Source: an uncultured bacterium (GTDB lineage: Bacteria > Verrucomicrobiota > Verrucomicrobiia > Verrucomicrobiales > V1-33). Taken from it: a stretch of DNA of 64,000 nt. A program made the translations under genes and the position numbers. Shown here one piece after another: positions 1-7,570 of this stretch (position 1 is the stretch's first letter; each line of letters begins with the position of its first letter). The notes under the pieces were generated by a model, which was not told where the DNA came from, searched no databases, and saw only the letters and a list, made by a program, of their open reading frames with translations. The stretch is taken from assembly GCA_903954065.1 (NCBI GenBank), contig CAJBME010000131.1, positions 16,906 through 80,905 of the forward strand, in the 5' to 3' direction.

Positions 1-1411
1 GCGCGAGGTAGGCGGTGCGCCCGGCGTCGGCCTGGCTGGCGGAAATCTCTCTCAGGCGAGCCACTCCAATGCCGGTGGCATTGAGCAGAGCCAGCCGAAT
101 AATGGCCCAGCCGGTCGCCAAGTTTTTTTGCTGTTCGCGGGTCGAGACGGCTCTCCCGCTGAAAAACCGGGCGGCCACGGCGATTTTGCCCTCATCGTCC
201 AGCGCCCGCAGATAGGCCGAGAGCTGCTCGATTTTCGACAACCGTCCAGGGGTGACACCCACGGCATCGCAGGTTCGGACAAAGTGTTCGAACTCGGAAC
301 GCGGCCCCGCTTCTGCTTCATCGTCCGATACGGGTGTTTCTTCTGTCGAGTCGACTTCCCCCGGTTCGTCGCCCGCCCGGCTCAGTCCAAAGGCGAATTC
401 CATCTGGTCATCCGCCCCGAGCGACCACGCCTCGATGCCTCGCTCGCGCAGGTCGCGCGCAAATTCCGCCGCATACCCGTGCGTGGTCAGCACCAGCTTC
501 GGTCGCACCCGCTCCACTGCCGCCAGCAAATCCGGGTAGTCTGCATGATCCGAAAGCGCAAAAACTTCATCCACCTGATAACGAAAAGTGGCCCCAGGCG
601 TTAGCGCCCAGCCCGTGCACATGGCCAGACGTCGCGCACGAATTCGCCGGATCATCTGGCTGCGCGCCGCACTCGGAGGCACCAACAAAACCCGGTTCGT
701 CAGATCCGTCCCCGCCGCCAGCTTTTCATACGGAGGGAAAACCACGCCCTGCGCGGCATACGCCTCCGTCATTTCAAAAACCGATGGATGCAGCACCCAA
801 GAAAACCCAGCCTCCGCCAGCTGCACCATGATCTCCTGGGCCTTGCCCATCGCATACGCCACCAACACCGGCACCTCGCCGTCATCGAGACATCCGCGGC
901 AAAATCGAATCATGGCATTGCGCACTTTGGTCGTGCTCGGAAAACGAAATCGGGGCAACCCAAACGTCGTTTCCATGATCATGGTGTCCGCCTCGGCAAA
1001 CCGGACCGGCTCCGACGTGCGCGACGCGCGGCACTTAAAATCACCCGTGTACAATAACGTGGCCCCATCCTCGAGCCGCGTCACATGAATCTGCGCACTG
1101 CCAAGGGTGTGCCCAGCCGGCAATAACATGAGCCGGTGACCACGCCACGTCCACGCCCGCCCAAACATGTGCGGGTCCAATGTGTAAGCCCCACGAAAAC
1201 GCGCCTGAATCAAGGCCGCCGTCGCTTTACTCGCAATGATGGTGCCATGCGCCCCAAAATGATCCGCATGCGCATGCGAGACAAACGCCAGCTCCTGACG
1301 GTCCCATGGATCCAGCCACAACCCGCACTCGGGCAAGAAAATGCCGCGCTTGGCAACAATGGGGATGCGGGCAGCAGAAACAGAAGCAGACACAGCGGAA
1401 AATGAATACAT
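1..1411 (-). CDS. MBL-fold ligase-associated exonuclease fused to the N-terminal domain of an ATP-dependent DNA ligase (partial; 3' end runs off the window)
   Basis: Absent from the ORF track because it is open at the window edge. Hand translation of the minus strand from ATG at 1411 gives MYSFSAVSAS..ELAFVSHAHADHFG (HxHxDH metallo-beta-lactamase motif)..ALSDHADYPDLL..HGYAAEFARDL. An acidic linker (EVDSTEETPVSDDEAEAG) follows, then FEHFVRTCDAVGVTPGRLSKIEQLSAYLRAL..ARFFSGRAV, which resembles the DNA-binding N-domain of ATP-dependent ligases. No stop codon down to position 2. Confidence 0.7.
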   Translation of the reverse strand, partial: MYSFSAVSASVSAARIPIVAKRGIFLPECGLWLDPWDRQELAFVSHAHADHFGAHGTIIASKATAALIQARFRGAYTLDPHMFGRAWTWRGHRLMLLPAGHTLGSAQIHVTRLEDGATLLYTGDFKCRASRTSEPVRFAEADTMIMETTFGLPRFRFPSTTKVRNAMIRFCRGCLDDGEVPVLVAYAMGKAQEIMVQLAEAGFSWVLHPSVFEMTEAYAAQGVVFPPYEKLAAGTDLTNRVLLVPPSAARSQMIRRIRARRLAMCTGWALTPGATFRYQVDEVFALSDHADYPDLLAAVERVRPKLVLTTHGYAAEFARDLRERGIEAWSLGADDQMEFAFGLSRAGDEPGEVDSTEETPVSDDEAEAGPRSEFEHFVRTCDAVGVTPGRLSKIEQLSAYLRALDDEGKIAVAARFFSGRAVSTREQQKNLATGWAIIRLALLNATGIGVARLREISASQADAGRTAYLA

Positions 1412-1475
1412 GAAATCCTTCCGCACCAGAAGGCAAGCGCACTTGCACCTGAATCACATCCGGGTCCGTTGCCTG

Positions 1476-2120
1476 ATGCTTTCATCAGAAGAACTCGTGC
1501 GTGTCCGTGCGGCACGGCTCTACGATCCCCCAGATTACTTCCGCCCACTCCACAAAACAGAAATTTTCAGCGCCACTCCGGAACGCCCGGACGCCCCGCT
1601 CGAAATCGACGTCGGCTGCGGCGATGGCGGATTCTTGCTCGATCTGGCCGCAGCCCATCCGGAACGGGATTTTCTCGGCCTGGAAAAACTGCTCGGGCGA
1701 GCGCGCAAAGTTGTGCGGCAGGCCGCCCGACGCGGACTCACCAACGTCAAGGCCTTGCAGATCGATAGCCCCTATGCCGTGCGCCACTTGCTGCCACCCG
1801 GCGGCATTTCACGCCTGCACCTGCTCTTTCCCGACCCCTGGCCCAAGGCCAAACACGCCAAAAACAGACTCGTGCAACCCGCGTTTTGCCAAGACGTGCA
1901 CCGCCTCCTCCGCCCCGGTGGCGAATGGCTCTTCAAAACCGACCACCCAGAATATTTCGCAGAAGCCGTCGCCACCATCCAAGCCAGTGGCCTGTTCACC
2001 GCCACCCACTGGCCCGCCGATTGCTTTCACTATCCCCTCACCGACTTCGAACGCCAGTGGCTCGCGGAAGGGAAAACCATCCAGTCTGCCCGCTTCACCA
2101 CCACCAGCCGCCCGCTCTGA
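1476..2120 (+). CDS. trmB: tRNA (guanine-N7)-methyltransferase
   Basis: Track ORF 1341..2120. SAM-binding block EIDVGCGDGGF and TrmB signature LHLLFPDPWPKAKHAKNRL. Start trimmed to ATG 1476 (MLSSEEL) to clear the divergent gene start at 1411; ATG 1410 is an alternative. Confidence 0.85.
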   Translation: MLSSEELVRVRAARLYDPPDYFRPLHKTEIFSATPERPDAPLEIDVGCGDGGFLLDLAAAHPERDFLGLEKLLGRARKVVRQAARRGLTNVKALQIDSPYAVRHLLPPGGISRLHLLFPDPWPKAKHAKNRLVQPAFCQDVHRLLRPGGEWLFKTDHPEYFAEAVATIQASGLFTATHWPADCFHYPLTDFERQWLAEGKTIQSARFTTTSRPL

Positions 2121-2209
2121 CCGCGCCCCCCCCACACCGAAAAATCATGGTCGATGGAAAAAATTGCCATGGCTGGCAGCCCGAAATCGGTTAAAATCCC
2201 CACTGACCA

Positions 2210-4399
2210 TTGCCTCCGTCCCCTGCCATCATTGACCCACCCGCCAACACGGGGCCCAACCGTCCCTCCAGCGTCGGAATATGGGTCGCTTTAACCGTGG
2301 CCGGGTGGCATGTGGCATTTTGGGCCACCGGCGCCCTAACGCTGGGGTTGGCCACCTCCCCGGCCGGTACGGTCTTTGAAGGACTGGCCGAACCGATTCA
2401 TCAAAAATTGCTGCTAGCTTCGCACTTACGGGTCCTGACCGCGTACGCGGCCGCCGGACTGGGGTCGTTCATTCTGGCTTATGCCGCCGTGCGTCTCTGG
2501 GTCGGAAGCGGGCCGGTCTCGCGCTGGGGCCTGATTGCTCGCACTCTATTCATACTGAGTTTGTTGCTCGGCTACGGGTGGTTGCGCCTGGCGCATGCCC
2601 AGCCGTATTTTCTAGGACCTGAAACGTACGACACCTGGTATTTTCGCGCCCTCCTGACATGGCCCGAAGCCATGCGCGAGCGCCTCATGTTCGTCCTTTT
2701 CGCTTTCCTGCCGGCCGTGGTGGGAGTGGCCGCCGCCGGTGTCTACATCATGGAAGTGGCCCGCTGGTTCCGCACCGGCAGTCGATGCACCCGCCTCACC
2801 CTGACTACCACCGCCGTCAGCGCCGTCCTGCTCGCCGGCTGGCTAATCGCCCCACACTTCATCACCGCACCCGCATCCAGCCCCCACGGACGCATGAACG
2901 TCGTCATGCTCTCGTCCGATGAAATGACCACCGCGCCCGTCACCCCAGACGCCGCCACCAGCCAACCACATCTCGCCTCCCTCGCCGCCCAGTCAGTCGT
3001 CCTCACCCACATGCACACCCCGCTGGCCACCAGCGTGGGCCATGAGGCCAGCCTGCTCACCGGCCAGACACCCAACACCCACGGCCTGCAAACCGCTCGA
3101 CCGTCCCGCCAAAGCGTGGACCACACCCTCGCCTCGTCCCCACTCCTCCCGGCTATCCTCCACCAGGAAGGATACGCCACCGCCGTCCTCGGAGGCGCCG
3201 GCGCCGGCGCTTTCAGCACCGCCCAAGGCCTCGGCTTCACCCAGATCGAAACCCCCTCAGACGATACCTACCCAGCCCACCTCGCTAGCCAAGTCTACCC
3301 TGCCCATTTTATCATCCCCACCTGGCTCGATAACCGCCTCGGCCGCCGCCTCCTCCCCGGATTAACCGTCCTACCAGGCCGCATCTCACCCGACGAGGTC
3401 ACCCAACGCCTCACCGCACACCTCGACGAAGGCGCCCTCTCCGGCACCCCGTTCTTCTTCCAAGCCGTCTATTCACACCCCGAACCGCCCCACTCCACCG
3501 CCCCCACCCCCCCACTCCAGCCGCCCGTCACCTCCCCGCCCCCACCACGGTCGTTCGACGACCACCTCGCTCTCATCCTCAAATCACTAGAAAAAAACGG
3601 GCTGCGGGACAATACCATCCTCGTCGTTCTCGGCCGCCCGTCACCCCCACAAAAACCCTCTCCGCTCACAGCCCCATCTCATCTCGCCGATTCGACCAAA
3701 CCCGTCGACGCCGCTGGCTCAGCCGACGCCGCTGGCTCAGCCGACGCCGCTGGCTCAGTCGACGCCGACGCCATCAACAACGCTCCAATTCCAGTCATCT
3801 TCCACGTTCCAGGCCAGCCTTTTGCCCCGGGCCTCATCCGCCAACTCACCCGGGCTTTTGATCTGGCCCCCACTCTGTTGGAGGTACTCGGCCTGCCCGT
3901 TGATCCTGCCATGGAGGGAGTTTCGCTGGTTCCCTCGCTGAAAAACCCCGAACTCCCGCTCGCCTTGGCCGATTATGGCCAATCCCCGGGATTCCCTGAC
4001 GAGCTTCCTGGGCCGGAAGCCACCGCCAGCGATCGCCATCATTTTCGCGAAAACGTGCAACTCGATCCCGCCGCCGGCTATAGGCTGGTCCTGCGCGACG
4101 AATCCTCCATCATACGCCGCAAAATCCGCTGGCTGCGTACCAATCACTGGCACCTCGTCTTCACGCCGGCCAGCGCGTCCGCCGAAGGCGTTGAAGGTGT
4201 TGAAGGTGTTGATACTTGGCAACTCTTTGATCTGCGCTCAGATCCAGACTCGTCCCGCGACGTGAAACTGCAAAACCCCAAAGTCTGGCAATCAATGGAA
4301 ACGGCCTTGCGCCGCTGGGTTGATGAAAAAAAAGAAACCCGCATCACGGAAATCTTCCCGGATGGCGAACCGCCAGCCGTGGTTCTCCCGGGCACGTGA
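2210..4399 (+). CDS. Polytopic membrane protein with a sulfatase/alkaline-phosphatase-superfamily-like domain (LtaS/EptA-like architecture), possibly degenerate
   Basis: 729-aa ORF with a TTG start. About five hydrophobic helices in the first ~230 aa, then sulfatase-like blocks (NVVMLSSDE, SLLTGQTPNTHGL, NTILVVLG). These blocks are interrupted by Pro-rich low-complexity inserts and in-frame tandem repeats. Confidence 0.5.
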   Translation: MPPSPAIIDPPANTGPNRPSSVGIWVALTVAGWHVAFWATGALTLGLATSPAGTVFEGLAEPIHQKLLLASHLRVLTAYAAAGLGSFILAYAAVRLWVGSGPVSRWGLIARTLFILSLLLGYGWLRLAHAQPYFLGPETYDTWYFRALLTWPEAMRERLMFVLFAFLPAVVGVAAAGVYIMEVARWFRTGSRCTRLTLTTTAVSAVLLAGWLIAPHFITAPASSPHGRMNVVMLSSDEMTTAPVTPDAATSQPHLASLAAQSVVLTHMHTPLATSVGHEASLLTGQTPNTHGLQTARPSRQSVDHTLASSPLLPAILHQEGYATAVLGGAGAGAFSTAQGLGFTQIETPSDDTYPAHLASQVYPAHFIIPTWLDNRLGRRLLPGLTVLPGRISPDEVTQRLTAHLDEGALSGTPFFFQAVYSHPEPPHSTAPTPPLQPPVTSPPPPRSFDDHLALILKSLEKNGLRDNTILVVLGRPSPPQKPSPLTAPSHLADSTKPVDAAGSADAAGSADAAGSVDADAINNAPIPVIFHVPGQPFAPGLIRQLTRAFDLAPTLLEVLGLPVDPAMEGVSLVPSLKNPELPLALADYGQSPGFPDELPGPEATASDRHHFRENVQLDPAAGYRLVLRDESSIIRRKIRWLRTNHWHLVFTPASASAEGVEGVEGVDTWQLFDLRSDPDSSRDVKLQNPKVWQSMETALRRWVDEKKETRITEIFPDGEPPAVVLPGT
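3707..3760 (+). repeat. In-frame 18-bp tandem repeat x3 (gacgccgctggctcagyc), encoding DAAGSA/DAAGSA/DAAGSV
   Basis: Read directly: copies at 3707-3724 and 3725-3742 are identical and 3743-3760 differs at one base. A second 9-bp repeat (gaaggtgtt-like, encoding EGVEGVEGV) lies near 4183-4210 in the same gene. Confidence 0.9.
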
Positions 4400-4766
4400 A
4401 CCGCTCGCCGTGGCCGCACGCCTCTGGCCCGGTTGGCTCGCCGCCGCCGTCGCCATCAGCGTCTTCCTCACTCTCCGGCACCACGCGTCCACCCAGCGCG
4501 CCGCCAACCAGCGCCTCCAGGCCGTGACCCAAGAAATCCGCTGGGTCGAACGCGCCGTCGCCACCGCCGCCATCACTCATCACCTCCCACCAGGCGCCGT
4601 CATCCCGTCCGCCACCTGGCAGAAGTACATCGACCCCGCCGCTCCGCCCCACCTCAAAACAGACGGACGAGATGCCTTTGGCCACTCGTTTGGCCCTCAA
4701 CAAGCCGATCACTCCATCGCCGTGCCCGCCCCCACTCGCCTCCTGCTCACCCCCTCCCACCGCTAA
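4362..4766 (+). CDS. Hypothetical membrane-anchored protein
   Basis: Track ORF 4320..4766. Third codon positions are strongly C/G-ending, consistent with coding. One TM helix (LWPGWLAAAVAISVFLTL) follows a basic N-terminus. Start is uncertain: ATG 4323/4362 overlap the upstream gene, and GTG 4410 is also possible. Confidence 0.45.
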   Translation: MANRQPWFSRAREPLAVAARLWPGWLAAAVAISVFLTLRHHASTQRAANQRLQAVTQEIRWVERAVATAAITHHLPPGAVIPSATWQKYIDPAAPPHLKTDGRDAFGHSFGPQQADHSIAVPAPTRLLLTPSHR

Positions 4767-4846
4767 CGCAGGCTCGCAGCACCCTTCCCGCAGGACACTT
4801 TATTCTTGTCAGGTCAAAGCAATCATGAGAATCTTTGCTTTTACTA

Positions 4847-5629
4847 ATGAATATGAGATCACTTGTTCGCCTGTTGACCGCTGCCGCCCCCATCGGATGG
4901 CTGCTCTCTTCCGTCAGCCTCGCCGGTTCCGCTGTCACCTCGACCCCTTCCACTCCCCCACCCCTCGCCCCTGCCGCGGAAAACAGCGGCCTCGGCGTAG
5001 AAGCCAGCCTCGGCTGGGACAGCCACTATATCTTTCGCGGTGAACTCCTTCAGAAAAATACCGCTTGGACCCAAATCTCCCTCGATATCCCACTCACCGA
5101 CTCCCTCTCGCTCAACATCAGTCCCTGGTTCCTGCAGGATATCGACAACGACTATAATGAATTTGATCTGAACAGCGCCCTCACCTACTCCCTCGAGTCC
5201 TGGGAGTTCAGCGCAGGTTATGGCGGCTACTTTTACCCCCGTAAATCGTTGGGCGACAACATCGGGATCGGTGATGAACAGGAAATGACGGCCTCCGTCA
5301 GCCGCAGTCTCGGCGACTTCAACGCCTCCCTCATGAGCGCCTACAACTTGACCAGAGAAAGCTTCTACTATCAGTTTTCCCTGGATTATGAGCTCAGCGT
5401 TTCGGAAAAACTCACCCTCACGCCAAGCGTCGCTCTCGGCTGGGATAGCGATTATTTCGACGATGGCACCGACCTGAATCACGTCGCCCTCCGTCTGGCC
5501 GCCACGTACCAGCTCACCTCATCGTGCAGCGTCTCTCCCTACATCGCCGGCAATCTGCCCATGGGTCACCTCGACGCCTCCGCGAATGAGGACGTCTACG
5601 GCGGTGTCAGCCTGACCGTCGGCTTTTAA
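4847..5629 (+). CDS. Outer-membrane beta-barrel protein (TorF/Gcw_chp-like putative porin)
   Basis: Signal peptide MNMRSLVRLLTAAAPIGWLLSSVSLAGSA, alternating beta-strand pattern and an aromatic C-terminus GGVSLTVGF. The block LGWDSHYIFRG resembles this porin family. Start trimmed to ATG 4847. Confidence 0.6.
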   Translation: MNMRSLVRLLTAAAPIGWLLSSVSLAGSAVTSTPSTPPPLAPAAENSGLGVEASLGWDSHYIFRGELLQKNTAWTQISLDIPLTDSLSLNISPWFLQDIDNDYNEFDLNSALTYSLESWEFSAGYGGYFYPRKSLGDNIGIGDEQEMTASVSRSLGDFNASLMSAYNLTRESFYYQFSLDYELSVSEKLTLTPSVALGWDSDYFDDGTDLNHVALRLAATYQLTSSCSVSPYIAGNLPMGHLDASANEDVYGGVSLTVGF

Positions 5630-5908
5630 ACCTGAAAGCAGGGATGACGAATGAACGAAAACTCTGCAAGTCATTAAATATCAATATAAGAATCGATTTA
5701 TAGGAACGATTCAGCGCTCACCCTGCGGGTGAGCTTGGAAAAGGTGCCATCAGTGTGGCGGGCCTCGAGTCCAAAGGGGACAGCCGCGCGACCAACCACG
5801 CCTTCCCAGCCCCAACGGGGCGCAATGTGAAAGCTCCGGGAATCGGTCTGGGTTTGGGCCGTCAAGAACAGTAGCAAGCCCTCGTCGGGAAGTTAACTTA
5901 CCTGCGTA

Positions 5909-5941
5909 GTTGTTTCGTATTCGGATCTTTTGTAGCCGTGG
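5909..5941. repeat. 33-nt direct repeat, copy 1 (gttgtttcgtattcggatcttttgtagccgtgg)
   Basis: Matches copy 2 at 31 of 33 positions (hand alignment). Followed immediately by the small hairpin gggtc-gct-gaccc. Lies in a ~560-bp stretch with no convincing ORF. Confidence 0.8.
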
Positions 5942-6110
5942 GTCGCTGACCCCGGCCGCCGCGCCGAACGCCTCTCCGAACGTCTTTTTGGCATGGGGCG
6001 GATGCGAAGAAGCGGTTTCGGAGCCGTGTCTTGAGGGATGTGGCCTGAGGGCCAAGTGTGGAAACCGGGGCCAGCGTACCCGGCTACAGTGGCGGCGTCC
6101 CGCCTGCCCC

Positions 6111-6143
6111 GTCGTTTCGTATTCGGGTCTTTTGTAGCCGTGG
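6111..6143. repeat. 33-nt direct repeat, copy 2 (gtcgtttcgtattcgggtcttttgtagccgtgg)
   Basis: 202 bp downstream of copy 1. Followed by the hairpin ggctcc-gtt-ggagcc (6142-6156). Confidence 0.8.
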
Positions 6144-6197
6144 CTCCGTTGGAGCCAATCGACCACCACGTTTCCGATACCGTGCGCGCAGCGTGGC

Positions 6198-6887
6198 TTA
6201 GCCGCGTGGTCTCATCCCACCCGCAACCACCGTCTCCGGAGGCCTCAACCGCGACGCTCCGGTCAAGGCGGGCTCACCCAACAGGGACCCACCCAGAACA
6301 GGCCACGGACGGTGCGGCGCCAGCGTCACAATGCCCGCCGCCAAAGAAGCCCACCGAGCCGAAGAAACTTCCCGACTGCTCATCGAGGAAACAGCACGCT
6401 CGAACACTTCGCGGATGATAAAACGCTGCACGACTCCCGCTTCGAGATACCGCCGCTTGGCGGCTGGTGGAAGATCATGAAAATCAGAGATCTCGCCGCG
6501 GCAGAGCTGGGATCCACACTGGCAGGGCATGGTCCACGAGCGCTCACTCATGGTCGTGGAATAATCGAAAAAAACTTCCTCTCCCGCCTGAAGGTCACGC
6601 AAAGCCACCATCTCCAGATCGTCCCGCAATCCCGCATTCGGGTCGCATGAGTGATTGATGTACCGCCCTTCCGGGGTCTCCGGGTAAAGATACAAGTCCT
6701 GCTCCAGCTGATACGAATGAGCAAACCAGTCGTCATCCACTCCGCGCTTGTTACCGCCAAAAAGCCGGCCCCGCAGACTGAACATCAACTCGCCCGCCCC
6801 AAACGCCCGCCCGGCATACAGGCCGTAACCCGCCACCACCGACGGAGCACAGTACAAAGACACAGCATGAAGAGTGCGTTCGCTCAT
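6198..6887 (-). CDS. SET-domain protein (putative protein lysine methyltransferase)
   Basis: RYINHSCDPNA (SET NHSC motif), EEVFFDYS, and post-SET Cys cluster CQCGSQLCRG. Confidence 0.8.
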   Translation of the reverse strand: MSERTLHAVSLYCAPSVVAGYGLYAGRAFGAGELMFSLRGRLFGGNKRGVDDDWFAHSYQLEQDLYLYPETPEGRYINHSCDPNAGLRDDLEMVALRDLQAGEEVFFDYSTTMSERSWTMPCQCGSQLCRGEISDFHDLPPAAKRRYLEAGVVQRFIIREVFERAVSSMSSREVSSARWASLAAGIVTLAPHRPWPVLGGSLLGEPALTGASRLRPPETVVAGGMRPRG

Positions 6888-6898
6888 AAATGAATCCT

Positions 6899-7246
6899 TT
6901 ATTCAGTCAGCAAGACCAACGAGGCCACCCCCAACAAAATACCCAGCACCTCACGCGTTCGTAAGGTCTCCTGGAAAAAAACCACCCCCACCACCGCCAG
7001 CAACAACGCCGTGCTCACCGAATAAAAAGCCCCCAGCTGCGCCAGCTTGAGATGACGCATCGCCCACACCCACCCAAAGGCCGTCAACGCATAAATAAAC
7101 GCCCCAATCAGAAAATACCCGCTGGACGTCGCGTTCGCCTTCCCACTCGCCACCTTCAAAGCCGCATCCGCCAGCACGCCAGCCACACTCAAGGCCAACA
7201 CTAAGGAAATCCCAATCATGTTTGGTGAAAATCGGTCGGTTATCAT
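6899..7246 (-). CDS. Small EamA/SMR-like membrane protein (ArnE/ArnF-like)
   Basis: 115 aa with 3-4 hydrophobic helices (IGISLVLALSVAGVLADAALK.., FLIGAFIYALTAFGWVWAM.., ALLLAVVGVVFF.., VLGILLGVASLVLL). Lies 11 nt upstream of, and co-directional with, the SET gene. Confidence 0.5.
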   Translation of the reverse strand: MITDRFSPNMIGISLVLALSVAGVLADAALKVASGKANATSSGYFLIGAFIYALTAFGWVWAMRHLKLAQLGAFYSVSTALLLAVVGVVFFQETLRTREVLGILLGVASLVLLTE

Positions 7247-7281
7247 TCCTTAAAATTTTCGCTTAATTATCCGGTTTCGTC

Positions 7282-7350
7282 AATAAAATTACTCAAATTT
7301 TTTCATATTTGTGTCGCTTTTTTAATAAAATTCGCAATTTTTTCATAATT
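7282..7350. repeat. Imperfect direct repeat in an AT-rich divergent promoter region (aataaaatt-N-caa(a)ttttttcata(t/a)tt, two copies)
   Basis: Copies at 7282-7309 and 7324-7350, read directly. Located between divergent gene starts at 7246 (-) and 7571 (+). Confidence 0.6.
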
Positions 7351-7570
7351 TCTGATCTTTAGGTCGATTTTTACAGGGAAATCTACCCGCTCGACCCTCA
7401 GCAGAAATAGTAGTCGCCGTCCTGAAATCTTTGCTCCTGAGATGATTAAGATCTCCCATCATCCAAGTTCTTCTCCTTCATATCAGGAAATCTTAAAAAT
7501 TAAGGCCAAAGGAGGGTAAACTGTTTGACTGATCATAATTTTTATAGTTTATTCATTTAATTATTAATCT

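Noticed and set aside
128-1088. Plus-strand ORFs 128..604, 334..831, 588..1088, 788..1057 and 1136..1405 at the left edge.
   Set aside because: All are antisense to the uninterrupted minus-strand MBL-exonuclease/ligase frame, which carries clear catalytic motifs. Their products look like compositional noise.
5880-5915. The minus-strand reading ..RNNYAGKL.. looked faintly like a tmRNA tag (xNNYALAA type).
   Set aside because: There is no terminal LAA-type ending followed by a stop, no tRNA-like acceptor/T-arm nearby, and the frame runs on for dozens of codons.
5909-6143. Could the two 33-nt repeats be a minimal CRISPR array?
   Set aside because: There are only two copies, separated by 169 bp (far longer than a spacer). 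The repeats are imperfect, no cas genes are in the window, and the repeat is not palindromic in the CRISPR manner.
5809-6156. The motif YCCGTTGGR (and its complement) recurs in small hairpins at 5809-5821, 6142-6156, 16950-16961 and 16977-16989, all intergenic.
   Set aside because: The shared core is only 7 nt. A given 7-mer is expected several times by chance in 64 kb on two strands, and I could not scan the coding regions exhaustively by eye. It is recorded only as a weak hint that these are members of a REP-like hairpin family.
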